64,000 nucleotides of DNA from positions 27,656 to 91,655 of the forward strand of contig JACPGH010000007.1 in NCBI GenBank assembly GCA_016182485.1, written 5' to 3'. Origin of the DNA: Candidatus Kaiserbacteria bacterium. Lineage in GTDB: Bacteria > Patescibacteriota > Minisyncoccia > Phycocordibacterales > Phycocordibacteraceae. Shown here piece after piece: positions 48,290-58,914 of this stretch (the first letter of the stretch is position 1; the number at the start of each line of letters is the position of its first letter). Under the pieces are notes generated by a model. That model saw nothing but the letters and a program-made list of their open reading frames with translations, did no database searches and was not told where the DNA came from. Made by a program: the position numbers and the translations under genes.

Positions 48290-49199
48290 AATCTACGTGG
48301 CCGGACACCGAGGGCTCGTCGGCTCGGCGCTCGTCCGCGCGCTAACGCGCGCCGGATATAAACGGATAATCACGCGCACGCACGCGGAGCTCGAGCTGCT
48401 TGACCAAGCGGCCGTTCTTAAATTTTTCGAGAAAGAACGGCCGGAGTACGTTTTCCTCGCCGCGGCGAAGGTGGGCGGCATAATGGCGAACAAGACTTTC
48501 CCCGCCGATTTCATAAGGTCTAACCTCGCGGTGCAGATGCACGCGATCCACGCGGCGCATACGCATGGCGTGAAAAAATTCCTTTTTCTCGGCAGTTCCT
48601 GCATCTATCCAAAACTCGCTCCGCAGCCAATTCCGGAAAGCGCGCTGCTCACGAGCGAGCTTGAAGAAACGAATATGCCCTACGCAATAGCGAAGATAGC
48701 CGGCATCGTAATGTGCCAAAGCTATAATCGCCAGCACGGCACCAATTACATCTCGGTCATGCCGACGAATCTGTACGGCCCGAATGACAATTACGATCTC
48801 GAAACTTCGCATGTCCTCCCAGCCCTCCTGCGCCGTTTCCACGAAGCCAAAGAAGCGCGCGCACCGTCCGTCACGCTATGGGGAACGGGAAGCGCCAAGC
48901 GCGAATTCCTGCACGTCGACGATCTCGCGGACGCCTGCTTATTCCTCATGCACCGGCATGACGGGAGCGAGATAATCAACATCGGCTCAGGCGAAGAAGT
49001 CTCTATCAAAGAGCTCGCCGAAACGATCAGCGAAGTCGTGGGGTACGCGGGCGAGATCCGCTGGGATAGCGAGAAGCCAGACGGCACGCCGCGGAAGCTT
49101 CTCGATGTTTCGAAACTCCACGCGCTCGGCTGGCGCCACTCGATACCGCTTATCGAGGGCCTGCGGCGCACCTACGAGACTTTCAGGCGGGAAGTCTAG
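48273..49199 (+). CDS. fcl: GDP-L-fucose synthase
   Basis: [47 protein letters not shown]. Confidence 0.95.
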   Translation: MGRNAKIYVAGHRGLVGSALVRALTRAGYKRIITRTHAELELLDQAAVLKFFEKERPEYVFLAAAKVGGIMANKTFPADFIRSNLAVQMHAIHAAHTHGVKKFLFLGSSCIYPKLAPQPIPESALLTSELEETNMPYAIAKIAGIVMCQSYNRQHGTNYISVMPTNLYGPNDNYDLETSHVLPALLRRFHEAKEARAPSVTLWGTGSAKREFLHVDDLADACLFLMHRHDGSEIINIGSGEEVSIKELAETISEVVGYAGEIRWDSEKPDGTPRKLLDVSKLHALGWRHSIPLIEGLRRTYETFRREV

Positions 49200-49207
49200 T
49201 CATATAC

Positions 49208-50476
49208 ATGCAGGCGGTTAAAAACACGCTAGTAAAGATCCTGCGCGCAAGCGAGCGCTACACCCATCTCGACATGGTGTATGTGGCTCATGGTAGTTTT
49301 TGGGTCCTGTTCGGACAGGTTGCCTCGAACTTACTCTCCCTCGTCCTTGTCATCGCGTTCGCGAACTTGCTTCCTAAAGAGACGTACGGCTTGTACCAGT
49401 ACATCCTGTCGCTTGCCGGCATCCTGAACATTTTCACGCTCACCGGCATGAATACGGCCGTCGCGCGCGCGGTAGCGGCCGGCGAGGAGGGCGCGTTCCG
49501 TACCTCGGTAAGCTACCAGCTAAAGTGGAATCTACTTCAATTCCTGGCGTTCTTAGGGCTCGGCGCGTATTACTTTTACAACGGCAATACGGCGATCGCT
49601 CTCTCGTTCCTGATTTTCAGCCTCGCCTCGCCGCTCTCGCAGGCCTTCAACACTTACAGCGCATATCTCTACGGTAAGAAAGAGATCCGGCTATCGAATA
49701 TTCTCGGCGTCCTTACGACCGCGGCTTACGTGCTCGGCATGCTGGCCGTCATCCTTATCGGCGGCGAGATCATATGGATGGTGGCCGCCTATGCGCTCAT
49801 CACGCTCATGGCGAACTTGGCATTCTATATATATACGCTGCGAGCCTTCGCCCCCTCTCGCGGGACAGACGCCCGGGAGACTTTGCGGTACGGACGGGAA
49901 CTCACCTTTATAAGCATTCTCGATCCTATCGTATCGCAGATAGATAAGATCATACTCACTCACTATTGGGGTAGCGCCCAGCTCGCCATGTATTCGCTCG
50001 CCACGGCGGCGCCCAGCCGGGCGACTACCCTTATAAAAAGCTGGGTCGGCCTCGCGCTCCCGAAATTTGCAGCCAAATCACCGGCAGAACTGAACTCAGT
50101 CTTTTACACCCGGATCTTCCAGGGACTCCTCCTCGGCGCGCTCTGCACCGCCGGATATTTTGTTCTCGCTCCGTACCTGTTCACGTTTCTTCTGCCAAAA
50201 TATCTGGATGCTTTGCAGTATTCGCAGATACTCTCGATAAGTTTCATCGTTGCGATACCGAACCGCTACATCAGCCAACTTTTGGCTTCCCAGAAATTAT
50301 CGAAGGTCATTTTCTCCAATAATTTAGTCCAGGTTACCATACGGATCGCCTCCTATGTAGGGTTCGGCATCTGGGGCGGCCTCATGGGCCTAGTGCTCGC
50401 ACAGGTGCTCAATTCATTCATTGGTCTCGCTGCCAATATAATCGTGTGGCGCAGCTGGAGCAGCAGAATCAACTGA
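49208..50476 (+). CDS. Wzx-like polysaccharide flippase
   Basis: Multi-TM MOP-family pattern, YGLYQY, QIDKIIL; glycan-cluster context. Confidence 0.8.
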   Translation: MQAVKNTLVKILRASERYTHLDMVYVAHGSFWVLFGQVASNLLSLVLVIAFANLLPKETYGLYQYILSLAGILNIFTLTGMNTAVARAVAAGEEGAFRTSVSYQLKWNLLQFLAFLGLGAYYFYNGNTAIALSFLIFSLASPLSQAFNTYSAYLYGKKEIRLSNILGVLTTAAYVLGMLAVILIGGEIIWMVAAYALITLMANLAFYIYTLRAFAPSRGTDARETLRYGRELTFISILDPIVSQIDKIILTHYWGSAQLAMYSLATAAPSRATTLIKSWVGLALPKFAAKSPAELNSVFYTRIFQGLLLGALCTAGYFVLAPYLFTFLLPKYLDALQYSQILSISFIVAIPNRYISQLLASQKLSKVIFSNNLVQVTIRIASYVGFGIWGGLMGLVLAQVLNSFIGLAANIIVWRSWSSRIN

Positions 50477-52202
50477 CCGAGCGGGACTCTCCTCGGATCA
50501 CCGCTTCTGCCTGGTCTACCATCCAGGCGCTGCCATTCTTCGCAGGATCACCGAAGAATCGCTCCTGTAGATCCTTAAGCTCGTCGAGCGATGCCTCTCT
50601 GCCCTGCTTGATGCGCGCAATAAGCTCGCTTGGGTCCTCTGCAAAATATTTTCCGCTTTTATACTCTCGCATAGCGAAATAATCGCCCCATTTTGATGAG
50701 TTGAAGAATACCAACGGCTTAAACTGAAGCAGCGCCTCAAGTACTGCGGTGCTGTATGAACCGACGACTACGTCGCATTCGGCAATATCCTCTTGTATGC
50801 GTCTGCCGCGGAAAATTAGATTTGCCGCGCCGAGTTCCTCCAATATCCGCGGATCATTTTTCTTCAGCCAGTCTTCGAACTGGTCCCGATACGGCCTGAA
50901 CGTGAGATAGAATGATATGCTTGGATCTTTGCGCAGTGCGTCGATATATCTCATAACTTCCTGCGGAACCGACAGCTCTCCCGGCACAAACAGTACTTTG
51001 ATCGGTCCATCCCTGCGCGGAGCAACCGCAGGCAGGACGCTCATCGGACGCATCGGGCCGGATACGACGATTTGCTCTGGCGCGTACGCCTTTCCATTCG
51101 CTATATAGTAATCGCGCCACCATTTGGACCACACGCCATAGATATCGAGCGCAAGCCGCTTCTTCCCGCGATATTCCGGCAAGAAGTCGTACACGTTGTA
51201 ATACTTCGACGCTGCGCCGTGCAGTATCCCGATCGTCGGCACATCCGCCGTGCGGCATCCGAGAACCTCATGGAATGTCCGGCTCGACGCTGCCGGGATG
51301 ATAGCGGCGCGGATGCCGATGCTGCGGACAAGCAACCGCATGGCGCGAATGGACCAGGCATGGGCGCGTTCATTCCGCGTATAGTGCAGAGCTAGCGCGA
51401 GCCTGAAGTCGTACTCGGCATTCCCTGTTTTTTTAGGAGTCTGCAGTGTAGAGACCCTGGAATCCGCGAGCCAGGCGATGAGCACCTTAAGCGCGTACGA
51501 ATAAATCACCGGACGCCTGCGCTTCATGGCATGCGCAAGCATTACCCGCCCCGGCTCCAAGCTTCTGATGAATTCCGCGAATGGTATTTTCTTTGCGCGC
51601 AATTCATCGTATATGAATCGCATGCGAAAGCTATGATCGCGCGGCGGATCAAAAAGGTCGCCCGTATATACTAGAAGCCACGGACGTTTGATCATGAGGA
51701 TCGGCCATGACAGCAGTGTGATGAGCGCTTGGATCCAGACGCCAAGCGCCGGCACCGAACGAGGGCCCTCTTCTATGGCATAAGAGATGCCGTGCGCTTC
51801 CAGGAACGATCGGAATAACGCGGTCGCCGGAGGAACATGGAGCGTGACATGCCCGAACGTACGAAGACGGTCAAGCAGGCGCCGATATTGCGTATACGGC
51901 ACGCACTGCCGATAAAAAAGCTCGTCATAGGAGAGCCACCACAGCTCATAGCCCTCATTGGCGACCGCTTCTGAAACGCGCCGGCCATCGGGGAGTTCTA
52001 CCGTCGCTAGCTCGTGCAAAAAAGCCGTGGCTTCTTCTATGCTGCCCGGGTCCGTGAAATCCTCGAGCGGCTCGAACGCGAGTCCGCGATCGGCTGCAGC
52101 TTGGGCGAACGCGCCCGGCCCTATTAGCGTCGTAAATTGCATCCACCACTTCTGCGAGCGATCCGGCAGCTTGGGAGTGAAGAGAACCAGGGCGCGGTTC
52201 AT
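50469..52202 (-). CDS. Putative GT-B fold glycan biosynthesis protein (glycerophosphotransferase/ulosonic-acid transferase-like)
   Basis: ILHG...D..GVWS...G.MRP and CDVVVGSYSTAVLEALL..KP motifs. Confidence 0.55.
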   Translation of the reverse strand: MNRALVLFTPKLPDRSQKWWMQFTTLIGPGAFAQAAADRGLAFEPLEDFTDPGSIEEATAFLHELATVELPDGRRVSEAVANEGYELWWLSYDELFYRQCVPYTQYRRLLDRLRTFGHVTLHVPPATALFRSFLEAHGISYAIEEGPRSVPALGVWIQALITLLSWPILMIKRPWLLVYTGDLFDPPRDHSFRMRFIYDELRAKKIPFAEFIRSLEPGRVMLAHAMKRRRPVIYSYALKVLIAWLADSRVSTLQTPKKTGNAEYDFRLALALHYTRNERAHAWSIRAMRLLVRSIGIRAAIIPAASSRTFHEVLGCRTADVPTIGILHGAASKYYNVYDFLPEYRGKKRLALDIYGVWSKWWRDYYIANGKAYAPEQIVVSGPMRPMSVLPAVAPRRDGPIKVLFVPGELSVPQEVMRYIDALRKDPSISFYLTFRPYRDQFEDWLKKNDPRILEELGAANLIFRGRRIQEDIAECDVVVGSYSTAVLEALLQFKPLVFFNSSKWGDYFAMREYKSGKYFAEDPSELIARIKQGREASLDELKDLQERFFGDPAKNGSAWMVDQAEAVIRGESRSVS

Positions 52203-52242
52203 AGGAGCTCTACGAGATGTTCCGATAGTAGCACAAAAGAAA

Positions 52243-52272
52243 GCGGCCCGACACGCGAGCGTGTCGGGCCGC
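52243..52272 (-). terminator. Intrinsic terminator
   Basis: GCGGCCCGACACG/CGTGTCGGGCCGC stem followed by TTTCTTTT on the minus strand. Confidence 0.8.
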
Positions 52273-52278
52273 AGCCCG

Positions 52279-52803
52279 CTAGAACTTCCGGTCTCCGAAG
52301 AGACCAAGGTCGAAGGCCACCCCACTCGTCGTGTCGGGCTTGACCTCGGCCCCAGGCCCGTCAGCCGCCGGCGTCTCCTTCGGGAGGTACTCGATCCCGT
52401 AGAGGGTGACGACCGTGTCGTTGTCGAACTTCTTCCCGGGCGACATCTCCGTCTCGAGGTAGCGCCTCACTTCTGGCACCGTATGCGGGACTGCAGAGCG
52501 GCTGCAGAACCACAGATCGGTGTCTCTCAGATCGCCGAGCCTGCCGATCTTCTTCATGACGATCCGGATGGTGGTCCCGTCGTCCGGCTCGAAGCCGAGC
52601 CGACCGCCCCGCCCGGCCTCCTCGTCGAGGTAGTACACCGGCACCGGCGCGAACTGCTCGAGGTACTGCTTCGGCGCCTTCTCACGGCTCGACCGGTCGC
52701 CGAGCCGGATGACGACACCGAGCGTTTCCGCCTTGAGCATTTCTGCCTCGACGAGCTTCGCCCAAATACTGGGCTCTCCGTACACATGGTTGTTGGTTCG
52801 CAA
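52279..52803 (-). CDS. Hypothetical protein (174 aa)
   Basis: TTG start with AAGGGAGG RBS, GC3-rich codons, own terminator. Confidence 0.65.
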   Translation of the reverse strand: MRTNNHVYGEPSIWAKLVEAEMLKAETLGVVIRLGDRSSREKAPKQYLEQFAPVPVYYLDEEAGRGGRLGFEPDDGTTIRIVMKKIGRLGDLRDTDLWFCSRSAVPHTVPEVRRYLETEMSPGKKFDNDTVVTLYGIEYLPKETPAADGPGAEVKPDTTSGVAFDLGLFGDRKF

Positions 52804-52907
52804 GTTGTCCTCCCTTTCCGGCGTTTACTAACGCCATGAACGTCTGAATTAATTGTATACCAGAGTGTTGAAAATGTCAATAGCTCGTAAATTGGTCCTG
52901 ATTTGCA

Positions 52908-54767
52908 TTAAGGCTTGAGCAGTATCTTCAACTGCTTGCCCTCGCGCTGCATTTGCCACGCCGTCTCGAATTCCTCGAGCGGCAGTATCGTGTTCGTAAA
53001 TGCGGAGAGGTCCAGATGCGGCAGGAGAGCGAGCGCCTCGTCAAAGGCCCGCTCGTCGCCGCCGACGGAGCCGACGATTACCTTCTCGTTCCCCACGACG
53101 TCCTCAAAGTTGTATGACATTTTCCCGTACGGGAATCCCAAGACGAGCAGTGCGGAGTCAAACCGGCTCTGGGAAAGGGCTTTCTCGAGAACTTCGCGTA
53201 CACCCGTCAATTCCACGATGATATCGAATGACCCGAGGCCCGAGAGTTCCGTGTGCCCCTCCTCTGCGATCCCTTTAAGGAGCGCGAGGCGCTTCTCGTT
53301 ATTATCGAATGCCGTTACGCGGCAGCCGCGATGATGCAGCGCCTGCGCGGCTAGATTGCCGACCGACCCGACCCCGATCACGGCGACGCGAGAACCTGGA
53401 CGCAAATGGGATTCGATGCGGCGCAAAGCCCTCAGAACGACCGCGAGCGGCTCCGCTAGCGCCGCCTCTTTCATGTCGAGACCCTCTGGCACCGGGTGTA
53501 CGGCCCATCCCGGCACGACAATATGCGTCGCGTACGCTCCATTCTGATTGATGACTCCTACTTCCCGGCGATCATTCGGCTCGCGCGAGAGAATACATTC
53601 GCCGACGATCCGTTGCCCTACGCGGAAACGCTCCTGATAACGGTTATTCGGACCTATGCGCAGGATAGTGCCTGAAAACTCGTGTCCCGGGACAATGGGA
53701 TAGGAAGCCAGTCCTGAACGATAGTAGCCAAGTGAGCCCTCAAGAACCTCGAGATCGGTTCTGCAAACGCCGACGTACTCTACCTTGACGAGGATGTCAC
53801 TCGGCTTAAGCTGGGGCAAATCGATCGGCCCGAGTTCAGCATGACCCTGACTGCGAATTGCGACTGCACTCGCCGGAGCTTGAAAGAACATTTGTTCTTT
53901 TTCGGTCTGCAAGTTGAGATTTTTCCCTTGCTTGAAGCCCACGCGACTTCCCTTCCATTGGTAATAGCGGAATCGCAGGATCTCTTCTAACCGCGCACGC
54001 GTCCAATACGGGAAAGACGCGAGAATATCGCCCGCAAGCCGGGCAAGAAACCAGGGCCATGTAAGCCCCGACTGCGGCGGCTCGGTAAGGCCGATACGGA
54101 CGGCCGCGATCGCCTCGCGACGATAGCGATTGAAGACCTGAGGCCAGCGTTCCTCGTGGATGTGATAAATTGCCGCCCGCGGTTCGTACCGGACGCGCTG
54201 GCCGTCAGCGGTGATCTTGCGCGCGAAATCGATATCTTCAAGCCCGAAGAGATACTCATCGAACGGATACTTTTCCCACGCCTCCCGGTGTACGGCGGCA
54301 TTCGCATTGTTCGCATAGGAGAGCGGCGCCTGCGCATTCTCTGGCGTCATGCTGAAGAGCCGGGCGAAATCCCGTTTCTCCGAAAATTTCGACTGCGGCG
54401 CGCCGAGGTGCCGTCCGTAGACCATAGCGACGTTCTCGTGCTCAAATCCCCGTATGAGGTTCTCCAGCCAATTGCGATCGGCCGGCAGTACATGCGCCGA
54501 AACGAATACGAGATACGTGCCGTTCGCCGCTCTGCAGCCGATATTCAGCGCATAACCGAAAGTGAAATCCTGGCTTTTTATCTGAATGATATTTACTGAA
54601 AATGAACGCGCTATCTCAAGCGTCCGATCCGTAGAGCCAGAATCTACGAGAACGATCTCGTAATCCGAATACTCCTGCTCTTTGATCCTCTGTAATAGAT
54701 TGCCGAGATGTTTCTCTTCGTTATACGTTCGGATAACGATGCTTGTCTCCGGCTTACCGCCGGACAT
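52908..54767 (-). CDS. GT2 glycosyltransferase fused to a zinc-binding (MDR) alcohol dehydrogenase
   Basis: SIVIRTYNEE, VDSGSTDRT; then GVCRTD, PGHEFSG, AEPLAV, GVGSVG. Confidence 0.88.
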   Translation of the reverse strand: MSGGKPETSIVIRTYNEEKHLGNLLQRIKEQEYSDYEIVLVDSGSTDRTLEIARSFSVNIIQIKSQDFTFGYALNIGCRAANGTYLVFVSAHVLPADRNWLENLIRGFEHENVAMVYGRHLGAPQSKFSEKRDFARLFSMTPENAQAPLSYANNANAAVHREAWEKYPFDEYLFGLEDIDFARKITADGQRVRYEPRAAIYHIHEERWPQVFNRYRREAIAAVRIGLTEPPQSGLTWPWFLARLAGDILASFPYWTRARLEEILRFRYYQWKGSRVGFKQGKNLNLQTEKEQMFFQAPASAVAIRSQGHAELGPIDLPQLKPSDILVKVEYVGVCRTDLEVLEGSLGYYRSGLASYPIVPGHEFSGTILRIGPNNRYQERFRVGQRIVGECILSREPNDRREVGVINQNGAYATHIVVPGWAVHPVPEGLDMKEAALAEPLAVVLRALRRIESHLRPGSRVAVIGVGSVGNLAAQALHHRGCRVTAFDNNEKRLALLKGIAEEGHTELSGLGSFDIIVELTGVREVLEKALSQSRFDSALLVLGFPYGKMSYNFEDVVGNEKVIVGSVGGDERAFDEALALLPHLDLSAFTNTILPLEEFETAWQMQREGKQLKILLKP

Positions 54768-55548
54768 AATGCTTCATGAGAGGATCGTCTTTCATAAAGC
54801 GCCTGACTCGCTCGATGTCCGGGGGAGTATCGACGGCATAGGTCTCGAAATCTTCCGGGACCATCTTCACACGATGTCCGTACTCTAGTACACGGTTCAT
54901 ATCGATGGACTCGATCTCCTCAATAACGCCCGGCTGCATGTCCGAGAGCTCAGCCAGGAAATCACGGTTATAGGGGATAATGCACACTTGCTTGTACCGC
55001 GGGATATCGCCGCCTTTCCATTTCTTCTTCGACGGTATCGGTTCGCGCGAGAAATAGAGCGCGTAATTATTCTTATCGACAACTACTTTGGGGCAGTTGA
55101 CGTCCTCATGCTCCTCGTCGCTGCGGATCGGGGCCATGAGATTGATGACCTTGATCTCTGGGTTTTCTAGCATGGGAGCAACGGCCATATCGATCATTTC
55201 AGGTACGACCATAGGCTCATCGCCTTGGACGAGTACGACGATGTCCACTTTCTTGCCAATACGCCGTTCTATCTCGGTCGTCGCGTCGGCGATAGCGTCG
55301 CCGCAGCCGCGATAGGACTCCTTCTGGTCCGGAATCCATTTCGCGCCGATCGAATCCGCGAAACCCTCAAGCTCCTTCCCGGATACCGCCAGATAGACTT
55401 CGTCGAGTACGGGGCTCATCTTCGTGCGGTGATACACATGCCCGAGCATGGGCATGCCATGGATATCCTGCAGGTGCTTGCCGGGGAAGCGCGTCGAACC
55501 CATGCGCGCGGGAATAATCGCTATAACATGCGGCTTTTTCTTGTTCAT
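54754..55548 (-). CDS. kdsB: CMP-KDO synthetase-like cytidylyltransferase
   Basis: IIPARMGSTRFPGK, VQGDEP, ALYFSR.PIP, VDTP.D. Confidence 0.85.
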   Translation of the reverse strand: MNKKKPHVIAIIPARMGSTRFPGKHLQDIHGMPMLGHVYHRTKMSPVLDEVYLAVSGKELEGFADSIGAKWIPDQKESYRGCGDAIADATTEIERRIGKKVDIVVLVQGDEPMVVPEMIDMAVAPMLENPEIKVINLMAPIRSDEEHEDVNCPKVVVDKNNYALYFSREPIPSKKKWKGGDIPRYKQVCIIPYNRDFLAELSDMQPGVIEEIESIDMNRVLEYGHRVKMVPEDFETYAVDTPPDIERVRRFMKDDPLMKHYVRR

Positions 55549-55632
55549 GATTTTGGGATTATATGATATAACCGGCCGATTTTCAACGAAGTTACTGCAT
55601 CTCCACTCTTGTGCTAGACTTCGATTACAGTA

Positions 55633-56493
55633 ATGAGCCTACGCAAAAAGATATACGCGGTATTTCCACTGGCGCGGAAAGTTACTGCGCTTCGCAATCA
55701 CGCGTGGTACCACCTCGCCGGCCGTAAGCCGTGGGCTCGCGGCTATTTCGAGCACAAATGGGCCACTATCGGGCGTGCCATTCGGAATGAAGCGCTGCTT
55801 GACTTATTCCGGCAGAAGGGTCGTCTGCCAGCCGGATTCGGAAGAGGCATCGACGACCGGGCGATCGAATATCCGTGGCTGCTCTCTCGTCTGCCCATTG
55901 GCCCCTCGCGCCTCTTGGATGCCGGTTCAGTGCTTAACTTCGAGACAATTCTCGATCATCCGAAGTTGGCTGATAAGCAGATAACCATCGCGAATCTCAA
56001 CCCGGAGCCCAACTGCTTTTGGAGGCGCGGCGTCTCATATGTGTTTGAAGACATCAGACAACTGCCTTTCAAGTCCGATATGTTCGATATGGTGACCTGC
56101 ATCTCCACGCTCGAGCATATCGGAATGGATAATACGGAGAAATATACTGCGGATTCCCGATACAAAGAAAACCGGCCGGACGATTACCTGCGCGCGCTCG
56201 AAGAATTGCGCCGCATACTGGTCCCGGGCGGAACGTTGTATCTCTCCGTTCCGTTCGGCGAGCGCAAGCACTTCGGCTTCCTCCAGCAATTCGACTCCTC
56301 GATGCTCCGCGCCATGGTCGCTCTCTTTAGCGAAAGCGAGAGCGTTTTTTACCATTGCGCCGAAGACGGTTGGCAGATAAGCACCGAGGAAGAAGGCGCT
56401 TCTGCAACGTTCACGCCCCCAGAACACGCTCGAAAAGACACATCACTACCTGCGGGCGCCGGCGCGCTCGCCTGCCTGAAACTGATCAAATGA
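55633..56493 (+). CDS. Class I SAM-dependent methyltransferase
   Basis: LLDAGS, DIRQLPF..DMFD..TCISTLEHIG, L.PGG.L..SVPFG. Confidence 0.85.
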   Translation: MSLRKKIYAVFPLARKVTALRNHAWYHLAGRKPWARGYFEHKWATIGRAIRNEALLDLFRQKGRLPAGFGRGIDDRAIEYPWLLSRLPIGPSRLLDAGSVLNFETILDHPKLADKQITIANLNPEPNCFWRRGVSYVFEDIRQLPFKSDMFDMVTCISTLEHIGMDNTEKYTADSRYKENRPDDYLRALEELRRILVPGGTLYLSVPFGERKHFGFLQQFDSSMLRAMVALFSESESVFYHCAEDGWQISTEEEGASATFTPPEHARKDTSLPAGAGALACLKLIK

Positions 56494-56554
56494 GACCAAT
56501 TACGCTGGCGGCTTACGCCGCCCGCGTACTACGGTCTCATAGGGTATAGAAAAG

Positions 56555-57619
56555 CTACGAGAGCACTGCGTGGATCGCTTCGCGGTGCGCGGAAATCCAG
56601 GCGTACATGTTCCGCCATCCGTCGGCAATGTTTGTGCGCGGCTCCCAACCGAGCTCGTTCTTCAGCCTGCGAACATCGGCGACAAAAATCGGCTGATCGC
56701 CGGCCCGCTCTTCCGCCCGGCGCGGATTGATTTGTTTTCCCATCTCCCCTTCTAGGTGAGCCAAAAGCTCAATGAGCGAGATCGTATTCTTCGGCCCCCC
56801 GCCGACGTTGTAGGCCTGGCCGCTAACCTTATGTATTTTTCTGATGGCAAGGTCATAGAGACGTATGAGATCCTCGACAGATAGAATATCCCGCACCTGC
56901 TTGCCGGAGCCGTAGAGCGTTATGGGTTTATCGAGGAGCACGGCTATCGTGAACCATGCGACCCAGCCCTGATCCTCTACGCCGAACTGATGCGGCCCGT
57001 AGATGCACGACTGGCGGAAGACGACGGTCCGTAGCCCATAGATACGGCTGTAGTCGATGACATACTGGTCCGCAGCTCCTTTGGAACAGCCGTACGGGGA
57101 ATGGAAATCGAGCTGCTCATGCTCCGGAACGCCATAGGTCGCGTGCCGCTTTGATACGAACAGGTGGCGCGTTTTCGCATCTTTAACGGGTAAATGCGGC
57201 AATGACCCGTAGACTTTATTCGTCGATGAATAGAGAAGAATGGGTTTTTTCTTCGAGAGGCGAATGGCTTCGAGTACGTTAAAAGTGCCGATCATATTCG
57301 TCTCGAAATCGACGCGCGGATCGGCGATCGAAGTAGTAACCGCCACTTGCGCGGCCAGATGGATGACGACGTCCGCCCGCGCCGCCTCCCGATCGAGAGC
57401 CTTCAGGTCCTTAACGACGTCTCCGCGCACAACTCTCAGCGCCCCTGGCGCGCCCCTCACTTCCTTCTTCAGCAATTTGACATTCGTTTCCGTACCCTTA
57501 CGGGAGAAATTATCGAAGATAGTGACATTGGCACCCTTCTTGAGGAAATAGTGGGAGGCATTGACACCAATAAAACCTGCTCCGCCAGTTATAAGGATAG
57601 TCTTCCGCGTCGTAGTCAT
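56555..57619 (-). CDS. NAD-dependent epimerase (CDP-paratose 2-epimerase-like)
   Basis: ITGGAGFIG, HLAAQVAVTTS, STNKVYG, SPYGCSKG, FRQSCIYG, EDQGWVAWF. Confidence 0.88.
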   Translation of the reverse strand: MTTTRKTILITGGAGFIGVNASHYFLKKGANVTIFDNFSRKGTETNVKLLKKEVRGAPGALRVVRGDVVKDLKALDREAARADVVIHLAAQVAVTTSIADPRVDFETNMIGTFNVLEAIRLSKKKPILLYSSTNKVYGSLPHLPVKDAKTRHLFVSKRHATYGVPEHEQLDFHSPYGCSKGAADQYVIDYSRIYGLRTVVFRQSCIYGPHQFGVEDQGWVAWFTIAVLLDKPITLYGSGKQVRDILSVEDLIRLYDLAIRKIHKVSGQAYNVGGGPKNTISLIELLAHLEGEMGKQINPRRAEERAGDQPIFVADVRRLKNELGWEPRTNIADGWRNMYAWISAHREAIHAVLS

Positions 57620-57659
57620 GCCGTGGGGACAAACCCAGTATATACTGTATGAGCTGAAG

Positions 57660-58844
57660 ATGAAAATAGCGGTCAATCTTTTCTTAGCATCGCCCAAAAG
57701 CATTACCGGCGCTTTTGTGTATATCGAGGATATTTTACCGGCGCTCTTCAAAGCTGACACGCGCCACACGTATTATCTTTTGGGGCATGCGGAGACCATC
57801 GAGTATTTCAGGTCGAAATATCGCCACTTCCCTAACGTCAAATATCGCGTGTGCGATATCCGGCGCGATATCTTAGTTAATCCGGCAAGAGCTCTGCTGA
57901 AACTCGTTGCCAAGCTCAAGAAGAACAACGAGCTCCGCGAACGAATCGTCGCTACAGAAGTCCAAACATTCTTCGACAAGAAGGATATTGACGTGTACTT
58001 CTCGCCTTCGTCGGTCATATACCCTCGCGGCCTGCACGGCGCTCGGAACATCACGACGATCCTCGACCTTCAGCCCGAGTACTTTCCTGAGAATTTCCCC
58101 CAGAGCTACCTCGCGATGCGGAGGCGCGACGCAACCTACGCTGCCCAGCACTCAGAACGCCTGATCGCCATATCTGAATACACTAAAAAAACGCTTGAAG
58201 AAAAATACGGTACTGATCCTGGGAAAATGCGGGTTATTTATTTTGCCCCGCATGAGATCGAACACACCCAGGTTGATACTGCGCTTCCGGAAGATTTTAT
58301 TTTCTACCCGGCAGCGCTGTGGCCGCACAAGAACCACCGTGTCCTGATCAAAGCCATGAGCCTGCTTAAAGGCCGCTTTCCTTCGCTGCACGCCGTATGC
58401 GCGGGCGTCGTTAAACGGAAGGAACTGAAAACAGAACTTGAAGCCCTCGCGGAAGCAGAAGGCCTTGCTGGTCAAGTAGTATTCCCGGGCTATATGTCCG
58501 GTGGCAATTTACGCCAAATCTACGCGAAAGCCAGGGCGCTCGTATTCCCCTCCGCCTTCGAGGGGTTCGGCATCCCGCTAGTGGAGGCAATGCATTTCGG
58601 CTTGCCGATCGTGGCGGCGGATAATTCGAGCATAACGGAAGTGGTGGGCGACGCGGGAATATTGGTGCAGACCGGCGATGAACATGCGCTTGCTAAGGCG
58701 ATAGAGAAAGTCTTGACCGATACGGACTTGCGGAATGAGCTTATCCGGAAAGGCCGCGAGCGCGCCAAGCTCTTCTCCTGGGATAAAACGGCCCTGGAGA
58801 CGCTCGCGGTCTTCAGAGACGCGATATCCGGGCACATTCGTTGA
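57660..58844 (+). CDS. GT4 glycosyltransferase
   Basis: WPHKNH, FPSAFEGFGIPLVEAM. Confidence 0.9.
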   Translation: MKIAVNLFLASPKSITGAFVYIEDILPALFKADTRHTYYLLGHAETIEYFRSKYRHFPNVKYRVCDIRRDILVNPARALLKLVAKLKKNNELRERIVATEVQTFFDKKDIDVYFSPSSVIYPRGLHGARNITTILDLQPEYFPENFPQSYLAMRRRDATYAAQHSERLIAISEYTKKTLEEKYGTDPGKMRVIYFAPHEIEHTQVDTALPEDFIFYPAALWPHKNHRVLIKAMSLLKGRFPSLHAVCAGVVKRKELKTELEALAEAEGLAGQVVFPGYMSGGNLRQIYAKARALVFPSAFEGFGIPLVEAMHFGLPIVAADNSSITEVVGDAGILVQTGDEHALAKAIEKVLTDTDLRNELIRKGRERAKLFSWDKTALETLAVFRDAISGHIR

Positions 58845-58876
58845 GCCGTAATCCTTCCTCTCCGTCTCTCCCGCAC

Positions 58877-58914
58877 CTATCCCCATTTATTCACGGTCGT
58901 ACACAAATAGCGTC
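58877..58914. repeat. Imperfect palindromic repeat, copy 1 (at the stop of the PaaX/Cas2-like gene)
   Basis: CTATCCCCATTTATTCACGGTCGTACACAAATAGCGTC; 35/38 identical to 59541-59577. Confidence 0.88.
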
